Shown piece by piece: positions 19,124-27,724 of a stretch of DNA of 64,000 nucleotides. Source of the DNA: Verrucomicrobiia bacterium (GTDB lineage Bacteria > Verrucomicrobiota > Verrucomicrobiia > Limisphaerales > UBA1319). The stretch covers positions 4,928,001 through 4,992,000 of the forward strand of contig OY760937.1 of assembly GCA_963664225.1 (NCBI GenBank). Direction: 5' to 3'. A program made the translations under genes and the position numbers. Within the stretch, counting starts at the first letter, position 1. Each line of letters opens with the position of its first letter. The notes beneath the pieces were generated by a model. It made no database searches, had not been told where the DNA came from, and saw only the letters and a program-made list of their open reading frames with translations.

Positions 19124-22100
19124 TCAAGGATGTATCAGGCGACACACATGGGCGCCGGTGGTCGGCGTCAGTGTGACTTGGTTTCGACCCTGTACTGTCT
19201 CCACAAGGTTGGTGGCGGCGACCCAATCAGTGCCGTTGAGGGTCCGCGTTTCCTGCAGGGTGAACCCTGTTGCGGCCGCATTCCAGGAGACCAGCGCCGT
19301 GTTGGTGGCGGTCATCGTGATTTGCAGTTTCGGGCTGAAGGTGGCCACCAGGGTCCGATTGGCGCTTGCGGTAAAAGTATAACTGGCCGAGGTGCTCGTC
19401 ACCACGCCACCCTCCGTCCAATGGACGAATGCACACTCCGCCGCTGGTGTGGCTGTTAAAGTAACCGCCGCCCCATTGGTGTAGGTTCCGCTTCCGCTCG
19501 TGGTCCCGCCGCCGCTCGAGCTGACGCTCGCCGTGATGTCCCAAGATTGAACGGTCGGAACGAAGTTGGCCACCAGTGTGCGATTGGCGCTGGCGGTAAA
19601 GCTGTAGCTGGCCGAGGTGCTGACCGCCGCTCCGGATTCCGTCCAGTTGACGAATGTGTAGCCCGCGTTGGCCGTGGCGCTCAGGGTCACGCTCGCCCCG
19701 TTGGTGACGCTGCCCGCGCCCGTCACCGTTCCACCGACCGTGGGATTGGCGCTGGCGCCGATGGTCCAGTTTTGAACGACCGGAACGAAGTTGGCGACCA
19801 GGGTGCGATTGGCGCTGGCAGTAAAGCTGTAGCTGGCCGAGGTGCTGACCGCGGCTCCGGCTTCAGTCCAGTTGACGAATGTGTAGCCCGCGTTGGCCGT
19901 CGCGCTCAGGGTCACGCTCGCCCCGTTGGTGACACTGCCCGCGCCCGTCACCGTTCCACCGACCGTGGGATTGGCGCTGGCGCCGATGGTCCAGTTTTGA
20001 ACGACCGGAACGAAGTTGGCGACCAGGGTGCGATTGGCGCTGGCAGTAAAGCTGTAGCTGGCCGAGGTGCTGACCGCCGCTCCGGCTTCAGTCCAGTTGA
20101 CGAACGTGTAGCCCGTATTGGCCGTGGCGTTTAGAGTCACGCTCGCCCCGTTGGTGACGCTGCCCGCGCCCGTCACCGTTCCACCGGCCGTGGGATTGGC
20201 GCTGGCGCCGATGGTCCAGTTTTGAACGAAGTTGGCCACCAGGGTGCGATTGGCGCTGGCGGTAAAGGTGTAGCTGGCCGAGGTGCTGACCGCCGCTCCG
20301 GCTTCAGTCCAGTTAACGAACGTGTAGCCCGCGTTGGCCGTCGCGCTCAGGGTCACGCTCGCCCCGTTGGTGACGCTGCCTGCGCCCGTCACGGTGCCAC
20401 CGGCCGTGGGATTGGCGCTGGCGCCGATGGTCCAGTTTTGAACGAAGTTGGCGACCAGGGTGCGATTGGCGCTGGCGGTAAAGCTGTAGCTGGCCGAGGT
20501 GCTGACCGCGGCTCCGGCTTCAGTCCAGTTGACGAATGTGTAACCCGCGTTGGCCGTGGCGCTCAGGGTCACGCTCGCCCCGTTGGTGACGCTGCCCGCG
20601 CCCGTCACGGTGCCACCGGCCGTGGGATTGGCGCTGGCGCCGATGGTCCAGTTTTGAACGAAGTTGGCCACCAGGGTGCGATTGGCGCTGGCGGTAAAGC
20701 TGTAGCTGGCCGAGGTGCTGACTGTGGCTCCGGCTTCAGTCCAGTTGACGAATGTGTAGCCCGTATTGGCCGTCGCGCTCAGGGTCACGCTCGCCCCGTT
20801 GGTGACGCTGCCCGCGCCCGTCACGGTGCCACCGGCCGTGGGATTGGCGCTGGCGCCGATGGTCCAGTTTTGAACGAAGTTGGCCACCAGGGTGCGATTG
20901 GCGCTGGCGGTAAAGCTGTAGCTGGCCGAGGTGCTGACCGCCGCTCCGGCTTCAGTCCAGTTAACGAACGTGTAGCCCGCGTTGGCCGTCGCGCTCAGGG
21001 TCACGCTCGCCCCGTTGGTGACGCTGCCCGCGCCCGTCACGGTGCCACCGGCCGTGGGATTGGCGCTGGCGCCGATGGTCCAGTTTTGAACGAAGTTGGC
21101 CACCAGGGTGCGATTGGCGCTGGCGGTAAAGCTGTAGCTGGCCGAGGTGCTGACCGCGGCTCCGGCTTCAGTCCAGTTAACGAACGTGTAGCCCGCGTTG
21201 GCCGTCGCGCTCAGGGTCACGCTCGCCCCGTTGGTGACGCTGCCCGCGCCCGTCACCGTTCCACCGGCCGTGGGATTGGCGCTGGCGCCGATGGTCCAGT
21301 TTTGAACGAAGTTGGCCACCAGGGTGCGATTGGCGCTGGCGGTAAAGCTGTAGCTGGCCGAGGTGCTGACCGCCGCTCCGGCTTCAGTCCAGTTGACGAA
21401 CGTGTAGCCCGCGTTGGCCGTCGCGCTCAGGGTCACGCTCGCTCCGTTGGTGACACTGCCCGCGCCCGTCACGGTGCCACCGGCGGTGGGATTGGCGCTG
21501 GCGCCGATGGTCCAGTTTTGAACGACCGGAGCGAAATTGGCGACCAGGGTGCGATTCGCGCTGGCGGTAAAGGTGTAACTGGCCGAGGTGCTGACCGCCG
21601 CTCCGGCTTCCGTCCAGTTGACGAACGTGTAGCCCGCGTTGGCCGTCGCGCTCAGGGTCACGCTCGCTCCGTTGGTGACGCTGCCCGCGCCCGTCACGGT
21701 GCCACCGGCGGTGGGCGATGCGGATGCGGTGATCTTGTATGAGATTAATGGTGAACGATCGATCACAATATTATCGAACAGAATACCCGTCGGGGTATTT
21801 CCCGGGAGCACCAACGCAATCTTCACGGTGTTGAACGGCGCGCCACCGGCATTGAACGAAAGTGTTCCCATGGGGAAAGTATCGAGGCCATAAACCGCGG
21901 CCGCCTGCACCGGTGTCCCAACCTGCGTTGAATTGTTATAAGCGGTCAATTGGATGGTGTTGGGTATCTCAATGGGCGGATGATCGGTGGTCCCGAAAGC
22001 CAGCGAAATATTGGTGGCCAACTGGTCAAACTGTATGGTCAGGGTTTCCGCAGTGGCATGATTCGGATACAAAAAATTCCCAAAAAACTGCGACAGGGTG

Positions 22101-22501
22101 TATCCGGTGCTGCCATCGCTCTGGACTGAAAAGGCGCCGCTCTGCGGAGAGGTGAAGCTTGCCGTAACCCCATCCGCTGTCTGGTCAAACGGGTCGTTGC
22201 GTCCTGTGGCCAGCGCCGGGGTTCCTGTGTCGAAATCGAACACCACGCTTTGGGCCATGGCGGAGAACGTGAGGCAAAGTGCCATCAGGACCATCAGCAT
22301 GCCCCCGCATTTTAAGGCCGGCCGGCATGTGTTGCTGGCTTTAAACTTCCGCCCGTGCAGAAACCATCGCTGGACCGGATTGTTCGACCGTGGCGCATTC
22401 ACACAGATGGGCACGGTCCCCTCCGCGCATTCGCCATGGGTGAGGAACTGGATTGCGACTTTCTTGACCCCGTTTTTTTCTACTATTGCAGAATTTTTCA
22501 T
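19124..22501 (-). CDS. Surface protein with 11 InlB B-repeat-like units
   Basis: Repeats GGTVTGAGSVTNGASVTLSATANAGYTFVNWTE; the true start may be the signal peptide MLMVLMALCLTFSAMAQ near 22300. Confidence 0.88.
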   Translation of the reverse strand: MKNSAIVEKNGVKKVAIQFLTHGECAEGTVPICVNAPRSNNPVQRWFLHGRKFKASNTCRPALKCGGMLMVLMALCLTFSAMAQSVVFDFDTGTPALATGRNDPFDQTADGVTASFTSPQSGAFSVQSDGSTGYTLSQFFGNFLYPNHATAETLTIQFDQLATNISLAFGTTDHPPIEIPNTIQLTAYNNSTQVGTPVQAAAVYGLDTFPMGTLSFNAGGAPFNTVKIALVLPGNTPTGILFDNIVIDRSPLISYKITASASPTAGGTVTGAGSVTNGASVTLSATANAGYTFVNWTEAGAAVSTSASYTFTASANRTLVANFAPVVQNWTIGASANPTAGGTVTGAGSVTNGASVTLSATANAGYTFVNWTEAGAAVSTSASYSFTASANRTLVANFVQNWTIGASANPTAGGTVTGAGSVTNGASVTLSATANAGYTFVNWTEAGAAVSTSASYSFTASANRTLVANFVQNWTIGASANPTAGGTVTGAGSVTNGASVTLSATANAGYTFVNWTEAGAAVSTSASYSFTASANRTLVANFVQNWTIGASANPTAGGTVTGAGSVTNGASVTLSATANTGYTFVNWTEAGATVSTSASYSFTASANRTLVANFVQNWTIGASANPTAGGTVTGAGSVTNGASVTLSATANAGYTFVNWTEAGAAVSTSASYSFTASANRTLVANFVQNWTIGASANPTAGGTVTGAGSVTNGASVTLSATANAGYTFVNWTEAGAAVSTSASYTFTASANRTLVANFVQNWTIGASANPTAGGTVTGAGSVTNGASVTLNATANTGYTFVNWTEAGAAVSTSASYSFTASANRTLVANFVPVVQNWTIGASANPTVGGTVTGAGSVTNGASVTLSATANAGYTFVNWTEAGAAVSTSASYSFTASANRTLVANFVPVVQNWTIGASANPTVGGTVTGAGSVTNGASVTLSATANAGYTFVNWTESGAAVSTSASYSFTASANRTLVANFVPTVQSWDITASVSSSGGGTTSGSGTYTNGAAVTLTATPAAECAFVHWTEGGVVTSTSASYTFTASANRTLVATFSPKLQITMTATNTALVSWNAAATGFTLQETRTLNGTDWVAATNLVETVQGRNQVTLTPTTGAHVCRLIHP
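19335..21740 (-). repeat. Intragenic tandem array of 216/225 bp units (10 near-identical, 1 divergent)
   Basis: CCAGTTTTGAAC junctions at 216 or 225 bp spacing. Confidence 0.92.
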
Positions 22502-22650
22502 ATGTCTTCAGTTTCGAATTTTAACAGGAGAGGATTAATGGCCTGTTCTGCAACCCGCATAATTTATGCCATTGTTTTATAGATTAAATCGCTCTCCATT
22601 CCCTGTCGCTAATTTCGGCCCGTTTTATGTTTAAAATTGCTTCCTGCGCA

Positions 22651-23376
22651 TCATTTGACCCCCAAAAGTTCTATCTCAAAAATAAGCATTGAATTTGGCG
22701 GAATCTGGTAGCGTGCTCTGGCGCCCATTACTCCTTTTTCCCCGTAGGCTAACTGCGATGGCACGAATAATTGGAACTTCGTGCCGACAGGCATCAGGGA
22801 CCACACTTCCTTCCACCCCGCCACCACATCGTTCATCTTGAAGATCGCCGGTTTCCCCGCGCGTTGGGAGCTGTTAAACTCAGTCCCATCGATGAAGGAA
22901 CCTTTGAAATTGCACTCGATCGCGTTGGCCGCCCCCGGTTTGGGGCCGTTGCCCTCCTTTAAAATCTTGTATTGCAGTCCGCTCGCAAGGCTCACAACTC
23001 CCGGTTTGCCTTTGTTCTCCGCCAGGAATGCGACTTCCTTGCTCCGGTTTTCATCCATGATCGCCCCCGTGCCTCCCCGGGCTTGAATTCGCTTCTTCTT
23101 TATATCCTCTTGATAGGTGCTCAGCGTGGTTCGGATTTGCTCGTCGCTCATCAGCAGTTTCTGGCCCGAAAGCGCGTCCTGCATTCCTCGAACCATCGAC
23201 TCGGAGTTGAGCTGGATGCCCTGGCGCTTGAAGTTTCGGATCAGGTCCACCCCCACCGCATAGCTCTGCTGATCCAGTTGAGTCTTTAACACCGCAGGCT
23301 CCACCGCGTTCGTCCGCGCCATGGAAACCAGTGTGACCGCGATTGCGACCCATGTGGTTTTATTATTTGTTCTCAT
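22651..23376 (-). CDS. FKBP-type (Mip/FkpA-like) peptidyl-prolyl isomerase with signal peptide
   Basis: SYAVG FKBP_N domain; SGLQYKILKEG, VPSQLAYG and IPPNSMLIFEIELL motifs. Confidence 0.92.
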   Translation of the reverse strand: MRTNNKTTWVAIAVTLVSMARTNAVEPAVLKTQLDQQSYAVGVDLIRNFKRQGIQLNSESMVRGMQDALSGQKLLMSDEQIRTTLSTYQEDIKKKRIQARGGTGAIMDENRSKEVAFLAENKGKPGVVSLASGLQYKILKEGNGPKPGAANAIECNFKGSFIDGTEFNSSQRAGKPAIFKMNDVVAGWKEVWSLMPVGTKFQLFVPSQLAYGEKGVMGARARYQIPPNSMLIFEIELLGVK

Positions 23377-23478
23377 CGACTATTCAAATTAGTAAAAAGG
23401 AAACCCTCATTATCCATGCCTCCGGGGCGCTCCGCACATCCCCGGGAGGCGAAAGGGGATGCCGTTTGAAAGACGCCT

Positions 23479-23507
23479 GCCGGCGTCAGGATTTTCCTGA
23501 CGCCGGC
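23479..23507. terminator. 13 bp GC hairpin between the multicopper oxidase and FKBP genes
   Basis: GCCGGCGTCAGGA-TTT-TCCTGACGCCGGC; weak U-tract, so it may be a stabiliser or attenuator. Confidence 0.5.
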
Positions 23508-23522
23508 GGCGGTGCATGCGGC

Positions 23523-26500
23523 TTATAGAGCCGTTATCGTGCGAGTATTCGACCAGGCCGAATTACCGGCGGCGTTGGTCGCGCGAACACGGTAGTAGTA
23601 GGTGCCCGGACGCGGCACGTTCTGATTGAACGTCGTCACATTGGCCCCCACGGTGAACGTGGTCGTGTTGGTGAAGGTCGAAGTCGTGGACCTTTGGATT
23701 TGGAATCCCGTCTCGTTGTTCGAGTTGTCAGTCCAGGTCAGCGTGACCAGGTCCTGCAACGAGTTTCCAGTGATACGAACCGCGCTTCCGGCCAGGTTGG
23801 TCGGGGCCGCGGGTGTTGCTGCCGCTGTGATCGTCACGGTCACGGGACCGGCGAAGGCCGACACTCCCGCTCCGTTGATCGACTGCACCTGATAGGAGTA
23901 ACTATTGCCCGAGGCGACTCCCGTATCCGTGTAGGTGACTGTATTCGCCCCGACGGTGGTCAGGAGCGAGAAGGCGCCGCCGTTAATGGCCCGGAAGATT
24001 TGGAATCCGGTTTCATTATTGGCGTTGTCGGTCCAGTTAAGCCGGACCGATGGCCCTGTCTGCACCGTTGCGGACAAGCTGCTTGGCGCCGCGGGAGGCG
24101 TCGGGGCATTGCCGATGGCTGTGTTCGAGAACAGCGAGTTGGCCGACGCGCTGGGATATCCCGCCACGCCGCTGCCGACCTTGTTCACCGCAAACACCCG
24201 GTAGTAATAAACCTGGGTTGTATTGCCGATTTGATCCGAGTAGGACGTCACCTTGCCCAGTTGCGTCGTGACCAATCCCGTCGTGAATGTGGGCGCCGTT
24301 GAACGCTGCACGGTTATGGCCGTGGCATTAAGCATCGAGTTGTTGGCCCAGGTCAGGTTCACTCGTTTGCTCGAGAATGTGCCAGTCGTTGTCGCCACCA
24401 GATTCGTGGGCGCTTGCGGCACGGTGGCCACCATCATCGCGCGCATCATGTCGTTCTCTTCATGGCCGAGCAGATGGCAGTGCCACACATACTCCGCGCC
24501 AAAGTTGGCGACCACGTTGCTGACGACCAGCGGCAGTCCATTGGGGTCAACCCCGGTGAACTGATTCGTCGTGCCCAGCGGACTGGTCGGATCCAGCGGA
24601 CGAACGCTATTCGTCACCGCGAACGGGAACGTCGGAGTCTTGGCCTTCAAGGCGACAATAATGTCTTCCAACGGGTGCATCTTCACCGTCTCTTTCCAGC
24701 CCATCTCTTCCGGCCACGGCGGCTTGATCGCCCCGTCCCAGCCGACGCGATTGACCACCTGCACGTTGAACAAGTGGAAATGTATGGCGTGTGTGTCCAC
24801 ACCATTGTGAGTGATCTTCCAGAGTTGTGTCACCCCGTCAGGGAACACTTCGGTCGGCGGATCGGCAAATCCGTAGGGGATCGTCGTCTGGATGGTCGCC
24901 GTGGTGAAGGGCAGTTCAACTCCCAATATGGAGTTCATGCGGCCCAGTGGGTCGAACAGTTCCTGAATGGTCTTGGGTTGCAACGGGGTCGTTGCGCCAC
25001 CGAAGGTCATGGAGGTGTCCGAGATCCGGCCATAAACGCCTGCCGGAACCACGTTGGTCGGCTGTGTGGCGGCAAAAACTCCCGCCACGGCCGTATTAAT
25101 TGTGGACAACACCAATGGGGTGTTCGTTCCTGCCGCTACGTTGATCTGCATGATCGTCCGGGTATTGGGGCCGAAGCCAGCCACGGTCGAAGGCGCGCCG
25201 CCTTGGTCCTGGGTATCCGGGTTGCAGGTATAGAAGTCATTGCGGGGATCGCCGGCCGGCACGGGCGCGGGAGAATCGTTATACACAATGAGCGTCTTGC
25301 CACCGAACTTCGCGAAATCCACAATGACATCCGCGCGTTCGGCAGGCCCGAGGAACAGCGTGTGTTCATACGTGTTCAACACCGTCACGCTGCGCTTGTT
25401 CTGCTCATAACCGATCGGTGTGGTCTTCAGTTCGACCGCTTGGGGCGAAATGCCGCCCTCGGTGCCGATTGAGATGAACGACGGACCAATCTTATTGGGA
25501 TCGGGCACGCCACCCATTCTGCCGTCCAGAATGTTGGGGATCATGCCGGGGGTGTCGTTCGCACTCCACCAGGGAGGCCAGAGCGCGGGCGATCCCTTGA
25601 TCGCGGGCACCATGCCCACTTCCGTCAGGTTCGTGTAGAGCGTCGCTGTGGCTACCGCGCCAGAGCCTGTGGTATCGCCAAAGGCCGGCGTAAGGGTCAC
25701 GGTGGGCGGAAGCGTATAGCTGCTTCCCACACTCGTCACCACGATGTTGGTCACAACACCGTTGACATCGATCATGGAATCGGCGGTCGCACCTTTGCCC
25801 GTCGTATCGCCCGCTGCCGGAGTAATGGTGACCATCGGAGGCGTCGCATAGCCGCTGCCCCCGCTGGTGACTGTAATCGCGCTGATGATGGGGCTGGCGA
25901 CATAAAACTGCAGGTTCACATACCGGTCGTTGCACGCATTCAAGATGCGGAACCGGTAGGCCGTCGGATTCACGTTCAATTTCGGATACGCAATGCCGTT
26001 AACCAATGGCGTGTCCATGAAGGCTTCCGGCACAGAGGAGACCTGCGGAGGGACGCCTGAAGGGAAGATGGGCCAGAACCAGGCGCCGTAGTCCCAACGG
26101 CCAAAAGGATTGGCGCCGCTGATATCGTTCGGGTTTTGGTTGGGCATGTAAACGTGCGGGAACCAAAGATCTCCAGCCGTCTGACCCCAACTCGGGTTGT
26201 TGGTCCACAACGGATCCAAAACCGCTGTCGGCAGGGGAGCCGCCGCGCCGGCAGGGAATCCAGTGGGAAGCGCCCCGGCGTTCACGAAGGTCTTGTCCTG
26301 AATGACCAGGGGGACTTCCCCCGCCAGACCCAGAGTCGTGTTTAGCGCCGTCTCGGTCGGATCCGAGAGCAGGTAACCGGCGGCTTCGCCCGCATAGACA
26401 TCGAGACGGGTCATGCCCATGGCATGGTCATGATAGAACATGAGGCGGCCGCTTTGTCCGTTGGGAAAATAGAACGTCGCCGAACCAAGCGGAGGCACCG

Positions 26501-27284
26501 GCATGTCCGGCACGTTTTGCTGGCTCGCTCCTTTGAGCAGCGAACCCGCTTCACCTGCGGGCGTGATCCATTGATGGGCTGTGCCATCGCTGATCCACGG
26601 ATTGTCGCCGCCATGCAGATGGATGGTCGCCCGGTTCTCGGAGTAATTGGCCCCGTTCGGTCCCATGCCCGCGCCCATGAGAGTCATGTCGGTGGGGATG
26701 AACAGGCTGCCTCCATTGGCGGTCGTCGCAAGCAGGTTATAGAACTTGATGCGGGTCGGCGTGCCTTTGTTGGAGCTGATCACAGGCCCCAGATACCGGG
26801 GTCGATCGTAACCATAGACCTGCGTCGGAGTGCCACCCACGGTAACCATGATGGGCGTTGTGCCATTCGCATAGAACAGCGGCACATGGAGACTCCCTGG
26901 GGGTGTTGGCGCGCCCGGGGGCTCGATCTGCACATAGCCGCGCAGCTTCGTCGGCAGCAATTCGCTGTGCATCTGCTGTGTATAATCCACAACCGCGATT
27001 TCATAATAATCGCCGTCACGGGGCACTCCGGCGGGCGTATTGACACCCATCGGTTGAGCCACGGGGATATATTGCCCCAAATTGTTTATGCCTGTGGGAC
27101 CCAGACCCGGCAACGAATCCACAAACTTCGTCAGCGGTTGGGTGTAGGCATAATTGGGCACATTGTAATCGACTCCAGGCACGAGCTGGGGAGGAGGTAC
27201 ATATTGCGCCATACTCTGGTTGACTCCCCAGAGCAGGGCAGCTCCGGCCAGGAGCTGGTGAATCGGAATCTTCAGTTTGTTCAT
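23523..27284 (-). CDS. Large secreted multicopper oxidase with three C-terminal FN3 domains (MofA/OmpB-like)
   Basis: All four Cu motifs present: IHLHGG, FYHDH, HAIHFH, WHCHLLGHEENDMM; signal peptide; P.AP..L...WTDN..NETGF FN3 repeats. Confidence 0.92.
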   Translation of the reverse strand: MNKLKIPIHQLLAGAALLWGVNQSMAQYVPPPQLVPGVDYNVPNYAYTQPLTKFVDSLPGLGPTGINNLGQYIPVAQPMGVNTPAGVPRDGDYYEIAVVDYTQQMHSELLPTKLRGYVQIEPPGAPTPPGSLHVPLFYANGTTPIMVTVGGTPTQVYGYDRPRYLGPVISSNKGTPTRIKFYNLLATTANGGSLFIPTDMTLMGAGMGPNGANYSENRATIHLHGGDNPWISDGTAHQWITPAGEAGSLLKGASQQNVPDMPVPPLGSATFYFPNGQSGRLMFYHDHAMGMTRLDVYAGEAAGYLLSDPTETALNTTLGLAGEVPLVIQDKTFVNAGALPTGFPAGAAAPLPTAVLDPLWTNNPSWGQTAGDLWFPHVYMPNQNPNDISGANPFGRWDYGAWFWPIFPSGVPPQVSSVPEAFMDTPLVNGIAYPKLNVNPTAYRFRILNACNDRYVNLQFYVASPIISAITVTSGGSGYATPPMVTITPAAGDTTGKGATADSMIDVNGVVTNIVVTSVGSSYTLPPTVTLTPAFGDTTGSGAVATATLYTNLTEVGMVPAIKGSPALWPPWWSANDTPGMIPNILDGRMGGVPDPNKIGPSFISIGTEGGISPQAVELKTTPIGYEQNKRSVTVLNTYEHTLFLGPAERADVIVDFAKFGGKTLIVYNDSPAPVPAGDPRNDFYTCNPDTQDQGGAPSTVAGFGPNTRTIMQINVAAGTNTPLVLSTINTAVAGVFAATQPTNVVPAGVYGRISDTSMTFGGATTPLQPKTIQELFDPLGRMNSILGVELPFTTATIQTTIPYGFADPPTEVFPDGVTQLWKITHNGVDTHAIHFHLFNVQVVNRVGWDGAIKPPWPEEMGWKETVKMHPLEDIIVALKAKTPTFPFAVTNSVRPLDPTSPLGTTNQFTGVDPNGLPLVVSNVVANFGAEYVWHCHLLGHEENDMMRAMMVATVPQAPTNLVATTTGTFSSKRVNLTWANNSMLNATAITVQRSTAPTFTTGLVTTQLGKVTSYSDQIGNTTQVYYYRVFAVNKVGSGVAGYPSASANSLFSNTAIGNAPTPPAAPSSLSATVQTGPSVRLNWTDNANNETGFQIFRAINGGAFSLLTTVGANTVTYTDTGVASGNSYSYQVQSINGAGVSAFAGPVTVTITAAATPAAPTNLAGSAVRITGNSLQDLVTLTWTDNSNNETGFQIQRSTTSTFTNTTTFTVGANVTTFNQNVPRPGTYYYRVRATNAAGNSAWSNTRTITAL

Positions 27285-27511
27285 TTTTTGTCCTTGGTTT
27301 CTTGCGGCTTCACGCATTTTGAACGGGATGCTTCCTCATGCCCGCGCTATCCTTCAAACAGCTTCCTGCCTCCACTGCTTCGAAATCCTCCACGCCATCG
27401 GCACATGCCGACGATACCCGCGAGTTGTTTTTCAGCATGACTATGGAAACAGGGTTTGCTGCCATGCTTTCAAAAATGGCCGGGCGCGCCATTTTCCACA
27501 ATCGGGACGTA

Positions 27512-27636
27512 CCCTATCGTGGGATAGGGAGGCTCCCTATTCTCAACAGAGGAATCGAACGCTAGCTTTCACTTGTGAAACTAGGGATGCCTTTTCGCAG
27601 TCAACCGCAGTCAACCGCAGTCAACCCAGGGTCAAC
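27512..27636. promoter_or_regulatory. Cluster of palindromes and phased GTCAAC repeats in the divergent promoter region
   Basis: CCCTATC-N4-GATAGGG, ATAGGGAG-G-CTCCCTAT, TTTCAC-TT-GTGAAA, (CGCAGTCAAC)x3 plus a fourth GTCAAC. Confidence 0.55.
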
Positions 27637-27724
27637 CGGTTGAACGCTCGGAACAGACTCTTGAATGAGACGGCTTATCCGCTTATAAAGGCCTGATAAA
27701 TCGGCCAGCAATGAAAGTACGACC

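Noticed and set aside
19547..21742. Long antisense ORFs over repeat genes (also 40972-42234 and 11543-13024)
   Set aside because: Shadow frames of GC-rich coding sequence opposite well-supported genes
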